Positions 36,801 to 50,600 of a stretch of DNA of 56,296 nucleotides are shown here, one piece after another. Below the pieces are notes generated by a model. It was given only the letters and a program-made list of their open reading frames with translations, was not told the origin of the DNA and ran no database searches. The stretch is taken from positions 1-56,296 of the forward strand of contig LWCA01000088.1 in the NCBI GenBank assembly GCA_001642005.1, written 5' to 3'. This stretch comes from Intoshia linei. Taxonomy: Eukaryota > Animalia > Orthonectida. A program made the translations under genes and the position numbers. How positions within the stretch are numbered: position 1 is the stretch's first letter; each line of letters starts with the position of its first letter.

Positions 36801-39800
36801 TACTTTTTAAATTTATTAATAGTTAATGTTGGAAAATGTCTTAAGTATACAAAAATTTCGACAACCAATGTGATTTCCAAAGGTTATTTTTAATTTTATA
36901 TAATGAACGATCGATTAAGCAATGCATGAGGTCCTTTTGTAAAAAATTTTTTATATGGGCCTATAATTTCCATCTGGCCCTGGCCGACTTCTGGCTCTCA
37001 ACGGTGTAGTAACTACAGACGTGCATACATAATACAATATTTTCAATAATAAATATCCATTCTAAAAAATTCTTAAAATAGTTTCCGAGTAGCGGAAAGC
37101 GGAACTAGCTAGCGCTTCAAGCTTAATTATGTTATGTGGCAGAACTCTGTAATATGCTGTATAAATTTCCATATAATTACATTTAAAAGATCTAACAGCC
37201 AATTTATTAATATGAGGATCATTAAAATTAATTAAAGAATCTTTGAGATAACCCTAAATATATATAAAAGTATTATACGTGGATAATATTAACTACATAC
37301 AGACTTGGTGTATATTTTATTAAGTCATTTATTTTCCTTTTAAAGAGAAAACCATTCGAAAACCATCTAAAATTTTCAAAAAAATAGGCGCAGTGCATAA
37401 TATATATCCCCAATAAATAAATGTGCCAATATTAAAATATTAACTTTGGAAAAAGTCCTGGGAACTCGTATCAATCCTTAAAAAAAGGATGACAAATAAT
37501 AGGGCAAATTAAATAAAATTCAATCACACAAGTTGTTTTGAAAAAGTTTATGGTAATAAAAAAAGAGAAATTTTCAAAATTAAAATAAAATAAAACTTAC
37601 ATTTGTCCATCGCAGTTTCTCTTTAACAGCTTCAGTATTATCTAAATATACTAAATAATTAAATTTAAAATTTATATTTTACCTTCATCTCGAGTATGGT
37701 ATTTAATATTTTGATTTAGTGGTCTAAATACATAAAAATAAAATAATAAAATACACTAATTAATGTTAATTAAACAAATTATATATTGTAAAGAATTTAA
37801 TAAAAATATATAAGTTTAATCAATACCCAATATTCTGGCGTCTAAAATGTTCGACTCCAAATTTAAGCAAAGAATTATGCATCCATTTATAATTTTCTGA
37901 TTTTTTTATTTCGTCCTCATACTATTATATTAAACTGAATAAAAAGATGATTTAAAGACTACAATAAATGAAAAAAAACGCCAAAACTTTTAATTTAAAA
38001 TAACGCTTTTGTAATACACTCAAAAAATATATAAAAACATTATTTGGTAATTATGGATTAATAAATGTAAATAAACTCAAATTTAAGTTTTAAATTAAAT
38101 TTACTTTGATAAATTTTTCTTGAAATAATTCAGAAGGAACGTTATATAAAGGTACTGGGGTTACATTTACTGGATCAATGTAACCTTTTTTGTCTTTATA
38201 GTTTCCATAATAATATCCTATATAGTAATATTAATTTATTAACTTTTTCATCAGTATAACTATGACAGTTTGTTGGCGGTATCAAAACCACCCTACCTTT
38301 CATAATTCAATCTATTAATTCTTACTTTCATACATTAGAACAAAACAAATAAAAGATTTAAATATTAATTAATAATAAATGTAGTAATACTGATAAATAA
38401 ATATTACCATCAAATTCACTAATTTCTTCCAATTTAGCCAATTGCCCTTTTTTACAAGATAGAAAATTTTCATCGTCAGATACCACATTTCTAATAAACT
38501 CAACATATACATTGTTCTAAAATTGTAAAATATAAATATACGCAAGTAATTTAAATAATCCCGTGCTATAAACATGTATTTTGTAAAATGTTATAAATTA
38601 TTATAACTTATAATTATAATATATGTATGGTAGTTTTTTTGAATAAAATTAAGGCAAGGCCTCAAAAAAAAATTTTAAATAAAAAAAATATAATTTTGAA
38701 TTAAGGCATTTTTAGAGAATCCTAAAATGAGCTGTTATAGGTAAAGGGGTGAGAAAAATAACAATAGGATTCAAGCAATAGAATAAGCAACATTGTAATT
38801 GTATACTTTTATGTGAAATAAAAAATTTTAATTATATTTAACGAACCATCTTTAAATTATTTATAATTTAATACCGATTCAATTTCTGTTAAAAAGGCTT
38901 CAATTAAAAGGTTGATTTGTTTAGCCTATATAATGAAATACATTTACAAATTTAAACTCCTTACATTTGAAGCATATATAACGCGAGTTTTTCTTTTAGT
39001 TTTAACAAGTAAACTATATTTTGATGGACAATATAAAGCCAGAATTTGATTGTACCTAAAAATACATTTCATCAATGTTAACATTCAACATTCAACAAAG
39101 ACAACTTACCACATAATTTTTTCAATAATAATATTGTGCTTATTTTCCCAATGACTTTTTTGTGCAAATATTATGAAATTGCTGTGAATCCCCAATAAAT
39201 GACAATTTTTGTCTTTAGAATTCTGTAAAATTTTAGTATTAAAAATAAATTTCTTATAATTTGCAATAAATATAAAAATTTACATAAATATGATAATATC
39301 GACAGAAATATGTATCACTATTTTTTATGCTTTTAGTTAATTCCAACTTAACATCCATTGGTATAGATTTTGGATCTGTTTGTCTGTTTATTTTGTGTCG
39401 GTCTTGATAATAAATTTAATATTTCAAATAAATCTAAAACCTAAAAATAATAGTGCAAACATTCGTCTTTCTTTTGAAATTTTAACACAATGAGTATCCA
39501 ATATATCTGATAATAATTGATCAAATATAATTTCCAAATTTTCTTCAATAATTGGTTCAGTGGGAGAATAAAACTATCAATACATTTTTAAATTTTTACA
39601 TATACAAATATCAATATAATATTTTTTAAAGCTTAATTATTAGTCATCTAATTTATCTCAATAATTTAAGTTAAAGTTTCAAATTTAAAATCGAATAATT
39701 ATAAAGAGGCTCGACGAAATTCATATAAAATTAAAAGTTTTTTTTAATTTCGTAACTATATTGTATCAAATTTAATATAAGTTAATGTAAAGTGCTAATC

Positions 39801-42800
39801 CACCCTCATGGAGAAGTGGCTAAGACTATGACATTAATCATCATTTTTCTATATTTATAGTGCATAATTTTGATTTTCTGGAGCTGATCAATAATAATAT
39901 CTATAAGTTTGGTTGGCAGTAATATTATTGCCTTTTTGATCAATCAACTAATTAATAATGTTCACTAAAGTGGAGGCGAGATACTTTAAAATTTTCTATA
40001 TAAACGCATTTAAAAAAAAGTATCTAACAATTAAGCAATGTTTTGTTGAAATTTTTTTTACTAATCAAGGGTAACACTGAGAAAGTGTTTGGGGATCACT
40101 GAATTAATACATTGTATATTTAATTATTTACCTCCTTTCTTAGTTGTAATTTACAAAAGCTATTCGGGTACTTCAACCCAAATTTGTAAAGGAATGTAAC
40201 ATTATCAACTACATATATCTCAATTTTTTCGTCATCCGTTGAATGTTTATCTTTTGATTCCAAAATAATTTTTGGTGTTTCTGTAATAGTTTCATTATTG
40301 TAATTGTTACACTTGTCAATATTCTCATTCTTTTGGTTTTCCATTTCTAATAAAATTAATACATAATCATTTTGACAAAATAATGATGTATACACACCTA
40401 TTATTAATTAGTTAATTACTTAAAAATTGAATATTTTGATAATTTTTGCGTAATTTTGAATCAATCGTTTTACTGTGTTTCCACGTACCATGATTCTATA
40501 ATAAAATATTATAATATTATATAAGTTAATAACTATATATATTTTGTTTAAATAAGTGTTGGTTAAAGTTGGTCATTTCCGCCGAGTGTAGCTAGGTATT
40601 ATAAAAACGTTTTACAGTGAAATTTTTTTAATTTTAATTGTTGAAATAAAGTTACGGCAAAACAATGCATTGAATTCCTCTTTTTAAAAATGACTATATA
40701 ATATTATATTATTAATATATTATGCATAAATTGTATTTTTGTGTCTTTCGACACAATACCTTTTCCTAACATTTTGTATGTCATCCCCATTTTTTCATTT
40801 TCTAATTAATAAATAAAGCAGGTATATTAAAATGTATATTAAAAATTTAATCCAAAATTTAGTTGGTAGCAGGAAGATTATTAATAATCATTTATTGCGA
40901 GATTATATTGATGTATTTCAAAATATAAAATTTTAATTTCAAAAGATTAGGAATTCCAACTTGGAATAACCCGTTTTATATAAATTATGGTTAAGTGATA
41001 TTTGAGAGCCAAATTTTTTTGAGGAGTATCACGATTCGCGACATTTCTTTGTACGTGTAGGGTGGAGCTGACATAAATTTGCGACGAATCGAAAAAGTTA
41101 TAAGGTTGCTAAACTAGAATCCTTTAATTTCCTAGGGTCAGTGAAAAATATTCAATTACAAAAATATTATAATAGATGTTATATAATGATTTTTAAATTT
41201 TAATAAATTAGAGTTTTTGAAAAAATTTTATCAAAGCCTAAAAATGTAGACCTGTCTGTTATTTATTTGTTCCATTTTATTTAAGAAAGTAAGAGTATAG
41301 AGTTTAAAAAATAGCACTTTTTAGTACTAATTTTTCGTTGATTAGATTGTATCGCAAATTTCATTTTAAGAAATGTCATGGTTTTTGACCTGGAAGGACT
41401 TAAATTCGGAAGATAAAAAATAGATATTAACGTCTTTGCGAAAAAAATGTAATTCAAAATTGGGTTTATTTAAATTCTACGATAATTTTATAATTATACG
41501 GTAAAACAAAGGGACAGACACACAGAGACATTCAATTTTATATAATAAAGGATTTAGTAAAAATATATGTCTGTTTATTAGGGTGTGCACTTTTTTAAAG
41601 ATCAAAAAGTATATTTGCATATAGGTGTATTTTTATATGCTGATCACGAATATGCAAAAAAATTCATTTAATTGAAATTTTTTAGGCAAAATTTTAAAAT
41701 GCATTTTTTTTTATTATTATTGCAACGTGAACATTAGTTTATTATTTAAATTATTAATTAATTTCATTTTTCTAATATCTCATGTCACAACCAAAAAATA
41801 TATTATTTAGAAAAAAATTGAGATTGGCACGTCCATACGGAATACTTATTAGTAAACCTTTAAGCAGCTCATCAAGATTACCTACAATAAAGAAAATCTT
41901 GGGAAGATATCATTTTTTACAATTGGCAAATCCAAGAAAATCAAAGCATACTCTTGGGATAAAACTGCAATAGAATTATATGATATCTGGAATAAATTTA
42001 CACTCGGTCCACTTCCATTATGTTTAATAAAATTAAAAATTAAAACTTTGATGAATAAATACATTTTATATGTTAAAATACTTCGTTATCACCATCAATT
42101 TAAAGAAACTTGGAACAGTATATTTATATTGAGAGATAAAAAAGTGACGATACAAGAGGAAGATGAAAAGTTTCTACAAATGCAGATAAATACAAACGAT
42201 TATCAAATATACTTTTTGAAATTCAAAAAAAAATGTCAAAAGTGCACACATTACTGTTTATTTATTTGTCTGTTACTATTTATTTATTAAAGTAATAAGC
42301 CTGGAATTTTAAGAATAACAATTCTAATACAGTTATCGAGGGTGATGTTTTATCGCAAATTTTATTTTCAGAAATTGATTCCTTCAAACTCAAAAACCCC
42401 AATTATCCTTTTTTTTTAAATCAAACGAATCTTAAAACTATAAAAAATACATAATCTGATAAAAATTTTAAAATCATCAAAATTATGATCAATTTCAATT
42501 TCAAAATCTTATTTCTTCACGGCCAAAACCCTACACCTGCTTTTTAAGTTAAACCACTGCAATAAATCTCAACTTTCTTCGAATTCGAACCTAAACCAAA
42601 AATTTTTTTTTTTTTTACATCGTTCACCTTTTAATCAAGTTTAATTTTAAGTAAATTGTTTTAAGTTAACACATATTAAATTCCAGTGTGAACCTACCAC
42701 ACCGAGATCCCTCTTCGTGGCCTCGACGATATTTTTGTAAATGGGAACTCATTTTCCCATTAACCATTAAAAAATTTATACTATTGAATATCATAACAAT

Positions 42801-45800
42801 TTTGTGTTAAATTGAAAATATCAAACCAAGAGCTTAGAGAGGTGACTGGGGCTACCTATATGATTGTAGGCGAATCTACAATTTTCAACATATTTCATTA
42901 AATCATCTAATTTAATATAATCTTATGAGAAAAAACCAACATTTTACCAACCCTTAAGGAAGAAATCCCTTTTTACCAATATTTTTTTTAAAAATCCATT
43001 TTTACCAAAGTTTTAGAATAAAAACTACCCTATCTGATTCCAAAAGAAAAAACCAAATTTTACCAACTTTTATAGAAAAAAATAGCTTTTACATATATTT
43101 TTATGAAAAATCCCATTTTACCAACATTTTAGATCAATAATTCTTCTGACTGATTCCATAAGAAAAAACCTGATTTAAAAAAAATTTTAAAAATCTCCTT
43201 TTACTAATATTTTTTTGAAAAAACTTAATCATTAATTTTTCGGAAAACAATTACAAATAATTGGACAACAAAAAAAATTCCCTTAAAAACCGATTTGTTG
43301 ATACATTAGAGTGGAAGACATAAAAAAATATGTAAATATTAATAATGACATAAGAAAAGATATCAGTGACTGTCTTGATTTTGTGTGCCCTTCGCTAACA
43401 TTTGAGAAACTGGGGAAAAGTCAAGAATGTAACTTTTTGATTAAAATATTTTAAATAGACCTTGAATACAATCTCATTTTAACTTTTTAATTTGAAGTAA
43501 AATGATATATTATATTATTATCAAATGTATTACCCACGGCCGCACGTTGTGCACCCCTGGTCTAGAGTCTATATCTTTGTAGGTTCGGCTCTGTTAAATT
43601 CAATCTTGCATATGTGGTTATATCTCTGGCTCATTAAATTTAAATTAATTATACGATAATTCGGTTCGATTTTTCACTAATGTTTCCTTATTGGTCACCA
43701 ATGTGATACAACTGAAAAAATGTTGAATATAGGAAACACCACAAAGAAATTATTTATAATCAGAGATTTATGTAACTATACATGATGAACATGATGTGAA
43801 GTTGCCTTGTGGATTGTGTGGTTTAATTTTTATTGGAACCCAAATATTTTTCATGTTCCGAGGCATTATGGACGACTTTGGTAAACCCTACCAAATTTGA
43901 TAATTCCCAATTTTAAATAAATAAATTATCAATTAAAATAATAAATTATCCATTTATATTATTTATAGGATAAAAAAATAAATATCCCAAATTACCTAAA
44001 AGTGTTTGGGAAAAATAATTATTTTAAATGAAAGTTTCAAAAGATAAATTACAATAATCTCATTGTTTAATAAATTTTTTTGCTTCTTTTTTAAGGCCAT
44101 CGATAACAAACCATCAGTTCTATCAAGTTTTTTTACATTTTTTGAATCTAATCCTAAAAATAAAAATTTACATAATTTATTATTAGATTTTACATTATAC
44201 AATAATATTACAAAGACAAATTACCAAAATTGTTCCTTCCATTTTCGTTTTGAGAATTCAATCTTTTGGTGTAATTATCTATATTACCTGGTTCAATAGG
44301 CTTGCCATTTGCTCCAATACTTCCAAATATGTGTGCAATATTTTCACCTCTTGATTTGATTGCATTTGATATTGGTATATTTAGAAAATTTTTCTAATTA
44401 AACTTTGTCATTGTATTTATTAATTTTGCATACATTTTTCATGATTTAAAAATAAATTAAAGTAAATACCTACTTGTTAGTTGATATATTTTCATTATCG
44501 AAAAAAGGTAATAATTAGAAAAAAACTAAAAATTACTGTAGTATTTAATTCATTTGAAAACGATATTAAATATCTAAAGCCATGCATAAAGCATTAGGTC
44601 AAATAGGTACTTGAGATAATTAAAATTTTATATAAAAAATTGAATACATCAAACAATTTAAAGTTAGAATCCAGACACAAATAAAATATTACCAATGCAC
44701 AATAATGGTAGTTAAATGGATGTCTAAGTGCATTAATAAATTGCATAGCTATAATAATCGGATAAATAATTCAATGAAAAATCCCTTAGTCAAGTGCATA
44801 CTGATCAGACACAAAAATTAACCCTAAAATTACTAAATGTTGAAATCAATTTTAAATTACAACCGCCAAGATCTCATTATTAAATATAAAATTAAACAAC
44901 TCATAAAAAAGAGAAATTGATATTTCTGAAACCTATAACCTTAATGTAATTGCGGTAATTTCATTTAAAATAATAATAAATGTTTTGTTCATTTAATGAA
45001 GCGATTATAAGAGTTATTCTGAATCTATAATCTTAGTCATTTTGAAATAATGAGTTCCGACTTTTTTATATAGACATTTCAATTTAATTATAATTATACA
45101 CCTTAACAGTCAACGTTCATATTCACGTTCATAGATATAATGTTTAAGCATTTAGTTTAGTTCACTTACAGTGTTTAAGTGAAAATGTTGCATTATCTGT
45201 ATCGAACTACACACTATGTACTTAAAAAACTAATTTTTTGATAATCAAAAAGTTACCTTATCATAGTTTTTTTTGTCTTGTATAGTTAAAGTATAATCGT
45301 TAATTTGTTTTTTAACGTACGTGTCATTTATCGTTTCTATTTCACCCTTAATTGGTTTCAATTGGCCTTTTATTAAAGTATTTTTGTCTTGTGGTAGTGG
45401 AATTAAATTTTGATTAAAAATGTTAGCATTTTCATAAACATCCAATTCATGAATAGATTCTTCATCTGGAAAATTAATTTCTTTTTTAATTTTGATTTCA
45501 TCATTTTCAACATAAAAAGAATTTAATGAACTAAACTTTGATATAAAATCTCCATTTTTATCCCGATTTATTTTAAAAATTGTATTGGTCACTTGTGAAA
45601 TTGATTTACTCAATTTCCTTTTCATGTAAAATTTTCGAGGTTCATATGCTTTACGTTTTCCGTTGCAATCATTCACTTTTTCATCTGTCATGTATTTTGA
45701 ATAATTTATTAGACGTATTGCGTGTGAATTTTTCAATCGTATTCTAAATTACACTCAACAGTTTTTTTTAAAAATAGTTTATATATAAACTAACAAAATT

Positions 45801-47480
45801 AAATTTACCCAGATTGCTTATCATTCTTGTTGGAATTTTCAATGTTACTATTTTGAGACAGTAAAACCGGCAGAGTTCCATTTTCTGGTCCTACAATGGA
45901 TTCACATTCAGTAATTGCATCCATAATGTACTGGTTTCCAGCCATATGTATGACATTATTTTCTGCAGTGCGAATCTGAATGGACCAACCGTTTATCAAT
46001 GTATTTATATTTCTAAATTGGGTTGTGTAATGAATAGTTTTGTATTTGGAGACCCACTTTTAAATAAATTTAACCGTTAACATTTAATTTTTAATCCCAA
46101 TATTTTAAATTTTTAATGTTACTTTTTTGTAAACCAAATAAACAAATTATTGTAACCGTGGTTGATACATGCTTCCTAAGACCATACGTTAGTTACATTT
46201 CAGCAAATTTTAAAATATTTGGTTCCGAACCACTGATATGCAATTAATGTAAACAATAATAAATAGGCATACTTATAGTAATAATAAATAAGAGGGTAAA
46301 AATTACACTTTTTCAAGGCATTCTACAGCTAAATCTTGACAAATCGTAAACGAGCCAACATTCATCATTTCATAGCTTTCTAAATATCGCGTAAATGACA
46401 AAATTAACAAATTATATAATTTAATTACTATGTAGCTTGACTGTTATGTACTTCGTACAAACAGCAGCCAGTAATTTAATATTTGTTTCTGATAATTGTG
46501 GATTAATATATATTTAATTACCATTATTGATTTCAACGTCCAAACAAACACATTTTTCACTAAGTATACTTTTCCATTCCAACATGGAAGGGTGATAATG
46601 TCTTGGAATACTAATATCACAAAAAAGTACATTAATACATTTATCACGACAAATCTTTGCTTGGCTGTTTTCAAAATTTGATGAATGTCTAAATATTTTT
46701 AAAAAGTTAAATTTTAAAAAATTTTGAATTTGCGCCAAATATTATTGTATATAGGTCATTTTTTATAAATTGAAATGATGTTTATAAAATTTACCTGATG
46801 ATAAAGTGAATCAACTTTTTACTCGGTATACAACAACACAAAAGTGCAGCTAAAATTGCCCAAGAGTTATTTTCTTCATTTTTATTTTCGTACTTTAAAG
46901 TTTGCGCGATAATTGAAATGGTCAATTCATTAATATATTTTATAAAGCGAATAGCTTTTTGAATCAGAATATTGGCTTCATTAATATTTTCATACGTTAT
47001 CAAAGGTTGCTTTATAAAATTTAAAACCTAGATTTCATATTATTTATCTGATTAACCAATAAAAATACCGATCTATGCAATTTTACAAATTCAGTGTAAT
47101 GTTCATCATCCTGAAGGTTGGTGTATGTATCATTAATAGGTTCAGTTTTGAAACAAAATGTTTCCTTCTAAAATTAAAAGTAAGGATTTTTAAATTAGTT
47201 CAGTATAGATAATGATTTGTTCTTTGAGGGTTAAACGAAACAGTAAAACTAACAAAAATATTGTCATTAAAACGGATATGGTGACTTGCATATTTAAAAT
47301 AGTTATTTTTATATTAACCTTTATATATTCATCAATAATATCCTGCTTTGTGGTTAAAGGTATTTCGACATTTTGAGTCAAAGTATGGGGTGCATCTATC
47401 ACTACCTCCAAAAAATTTTCACTAGTCAATGGGTTCCATTGAGATTTTTCAATTTCAAATTCTATACTTGAATCATCCAT
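30877..47480 (-). CDS. Myosin-XV-like tail protein (MyTH4-FERM-like-SH3-MyTH4-FERM), no motor domain in the gene as read
   Basis: MyTH4-1 (VLNFIKQP..ILIQKA..NEL..WAILAALLCCCIPS; PRHYHPSMLEW..LDV); Myo15-like GWSIQI..MAGNQYIMDAITECE; SH3 (YVEFIRNVVSDDENFLSCKKGQ..GYYYGNYKDKKGYI); MyTH4-2 (KDSLIKF..LKDEIICQICKQLIDN); FERM (ILPKY..EW..FLNILSKWPLYG). Last exon 30918-30877 reads TMNIQQIIQHYVI*. Some internal exons are not fully resolved. Confidence 0.8.
31013..31256. mobile_element. hAT/Buster MITE
   Basis: Ends cagtggttctcaac / gttgaaatccacta. Flanks ttctgaat/ttctaaag. Confidence 0.7.
31951..32032. repeat. Dispersed repeat end, inverted copy at ~51164-51248
   Basis: ctagct..ccgaga.cac..ttattatac.aaaaaaataaattcacgttgaaaatctaacttaaaaat is nearly identical to the reverse complement of the 51.2-kb copy. 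Confidence 0.8.
31998..32192. repeat. Tandem duplication (~96 bp x2) including a hAT-like end
   Basis: ttgaaaatctaacttaaaaat..ttgtttcaggtggaac..acattact occurs twice in tandem. Confidence 0.8.
32330..32547. repeat. Tandem duplication (~109 bp x2)
   Basis: aatcctaaaaattgtcataaatagcataaattccag...gtgatga.atatattcag...atttaataaata occurs twice. Confidence 0.85.
32860..33187 (+). mobile_element. Helentron/DINE-1/Lep1-like non-autonomous repeat; related pieces at ~1690-1750, 24740-24830, 41300-41552, 42330-42545, 53400-53462
   Basis: Shared cttcacggccaaaacc and tatcgcaaatttcattt motifs (either strand), and a 3' acagacagac-type microsatellite followed by ttttatata. The superfamily assignment is inferred. 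Confidence 0.5.
36742..37010. mobile_element. Second, uninterrupted copy of the hAT MITE at 20630
   Basis: cagggccgtggacag end. Shares gggcctacaat..agcgaccta..atttattaatag..ttggaaaat..cttaagtat and tatgggccta.aatttccatctg with the 20630 copy. Confidence 0.8.
41580..42200 (+). mobile_element. Degenerate DNA-transposon 5' remnant (possibly Sola2-like)
   Basis: Broken frames LYDIWNKF..IKLKIKTLMNKY..FILRDKKVTIQEEDEKFLQMQ, antisense within a myosin-tail intron. Confidence 0.35.
42920..43559. mobile_element. hAT MITE remnant with a periodic ttttaccaa array and a TIR identical to the 10382 family
   Basis: ttgtgcacccctg ending at 43559. The ~30-bp units are the reverse complement of those in 26287-26858. 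Confidence 0.6.
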
Positions 47481-47682
47481 TTAGTAATCAGAATGTACAC
47501 ATATTTTATGAATCGGAATGTATGAGTAATTTAAATTTAATAGTCTATTTTCGGTTGGCTAATTACGAACTTTGCAAATTGAATTGATTTCTGGGCATAG
47601 TTACCATTTTTAATCACAAAGAAATTCATTGGTTTATAGGCAATGAACAACTTAAATTTAGGAAATATATGGTTAAATGGTT

Positions 47683-50600
47683 TTATTTACAATAGTCATA
47701 ACAAAATAAATTTAATTTTTGGTTTAAATTATGATAAGTTTGCAACCTTTTGTAGTCTTTATATACATCTTTATTAATGTGCACTTTTGCAGCACGACAA
47801 ATGGTTTTTATTAAATTTGTATCCATATCTTGAAAAATTGGTCCTTTGAGATATACTAAATTGTTAAATTAATACATTAGATATCTTGTATTTCTCAAAA
47901 ACCGCGCAAAATTAAAAAATGGCAAAAATTCGGTCACCCTCATAAATTTTAATAAAATATAACTTAATGTTCATTATTTCAAAAAATATTTATATATTGT
48001 ATTGGGTTGTCTTTTATATGAATTTACAATGAATATTTAGTGCTCAGCTAAACCGACAAAACTACCAGGGAGCATTAGTTACATAACCCCACCTATGCCT
48101 ATGTGATGCCACGACCCCTGATACACATTATCACTATATGCATGAGATATACCAAATAATCGTCTTAAAATTACATTCAATTATTTTGTTAGACCCAGAA
48201 ATTCTATTTTTAGCCATATTTTGTAAAATTCCAATTTGCGTATCCACTTTCTTTTCACTATTTAGATATTCAGCTTCAGATAAAGTCTATAATAAAAAAT
48301 ATAGAAAATTAAAAAATTTTTTACTTGATTTAATTTTAGAAAATTATTTAACTTGATTTCTTTTTCTGAATTAACCAATTTAAAAAAGTAATTCTTAATA
48401 AAAGTAGAAATGTATGGACAAAATGGTAATAATAGATTTAAATAGTTGACAACGATCAAAAGCATCAATTTTAAAGAATGTAATTGATTTGGGTGACTTT
48501 TTGAATATTCCTAAATAAAAATTTATTTACATATTGTTAACATGTAAATTTTTTTACCAAATAAATATCGCAAAATGTAAATTTGAAAAAATCATGCAAT
48601 AGAATTATAGCACTGTGAAATTCAAATTTATCCATATGAAATGAAACATCGTTCATCATTTTATGTTTTTTTGACAATATCCAATAATCCATCTCCGTAT
48701 AATCTCTGATCTACATTAGAAATAAACGTCATTGTTAAAGTAGTACATGATAATAAATATTAATGCATTATAATAGTATTAATAATATTATTTTATATTA
48801 AAATTTATCAAAGTTACCAATATATCAATGTTGTTTAAATTATTTTTTTCAAATCCCATAATAATAAATCTAGAGGCCTGCCAAATTTTATTGAGAAATC
48901 TATTCCATGCTTCAAATTCATCCAAGTTTATATTGAGAAACCGAGCTAATTTTGAATAATTAAATTAAAAAAATTTATTTCATGCGCCCAATAAAGTGTA
49001 TAAAATAAAAGTACACGTTGAACAATGAGAAAGCAAAGAAATTCTTAACGCATCAACTCCACATTCTTTAATGTTTTTAGAATTATTTTTATTTACTTTG
49101 ATTGACTAAAATTAAATAAAATTAAAATTTATCAATAAAGAAAAATATACCTGACCTCCTTCGACAATTTGTAATGGATCAATTACATTACCGACCGATT
49201 TACTCATTTTTTGACCCATGTGGTCTCGAATAATAGAATGTATGTAAACCTTAATAAATATTTAAATAAATATCAGATTATATTTATTTATATATATCAA
49301 TATATTTGTGACATACCGTATCAAATGAGAGACGATCATCAAGTTCGATGGATAGCATAAGCATTCTAGAAATCCAAGCATTAATTATATCTGATGCAGT
49401 AAAAATTAATCGCTTTTTCGATTTTATATCCTAATAATGATTTAGTTTATAAAAATTGAAAAAAATAGATACTCACTTTATAGATGTGAGGTATTAAAGC
49501 CGAAGAAAACCATGTATCAAGTACATCTGTTTCTAAAATAGAAATTATAAAATAAAATAGAATGCAAAATACACGATTTTCAATCATAAAAGTAAACTAA
49601 ATGAATCTAAAAATGTGTTCTGTAAAGTGTAAGATCACTTTTAAAAGCGTATATATTAGTCGTCCCAAAAAAAATATTTTCGACTTCTTCTAGTCTTTAG
49701 AATATTTAAATATAAATGGCCCCCTATTGCTATTAAAAAAAATGAAATCATTTTTGCAAATTTATACGACTGAACCTATCTACCGAGAACCCTCGAGGGT
49801 ATGTTTGTATTTGATTTGATTTACGAAATTTTTGTAAAAAAAATCTCAATTTTTGCTAATTGAACATTAAAAATCAATACATTAATTTAATAATTTGCTA
49901 TTAACATCAATAAGACATTTTTTGTTGTGTGTAATAATTTTTTTATTCATTTCATAATAAAAAAAATTAAGTTCGACAAATAAATAAGGTGATAAGGTGG
50001 GTAAGAAGGATAAATGTTAATTATTCTTTACAGATGCAAAAGTGATAATTATATTTCTCACAACGAAAAATACCATTTTGCCTTGGCTGTAAAACCCTTG
50101 TTTTCTAAAAAATGAATGGAATGAGAAGATAATTTTTAATAATCAGAATTGTTTAAATTATAACTTAATAAGACTCATTATAAATCAAAATAATTTTAAT
50201 TTAAAAATTTGTAAAATATTGGGTGAAAAAATACGTTGAAAAAAAAATAAGACTGAAATCTTAGAGCCCTAGGTGGGCCTAGTTGGTCATTTGGACAACA
50301 CTGGTTAATATAATGATTAATTACCTTGTGAAACTTTTACATTACATTTTCCAAATTTTTTTTCAAAATATTCTTCAGCTTCACTAAGACTTTTCTTTGC
50401 ACAAAATTCTGTATTATTATCCTAATTTTTTAAATTTAACGTCTAATATAAATAGTAAATAATGAATGCAACTTTTTGGAGGCGTTTCAATCAATTACTT
50501 TAATTGATTGATTATTATGATTAAATTTCATAATACATTTACTTTCTAAAACGATATCCGATTTTAATGTCTATTCATTCATAAGATTTATTTGAGTGTA

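Noticed and set aside
39790-39985. snRNA-like sequence (tgcataattttg, Sm-site-like)
   Set aside because: No U1, U2, U4 or U5 hallmark sequences or convincing stems.
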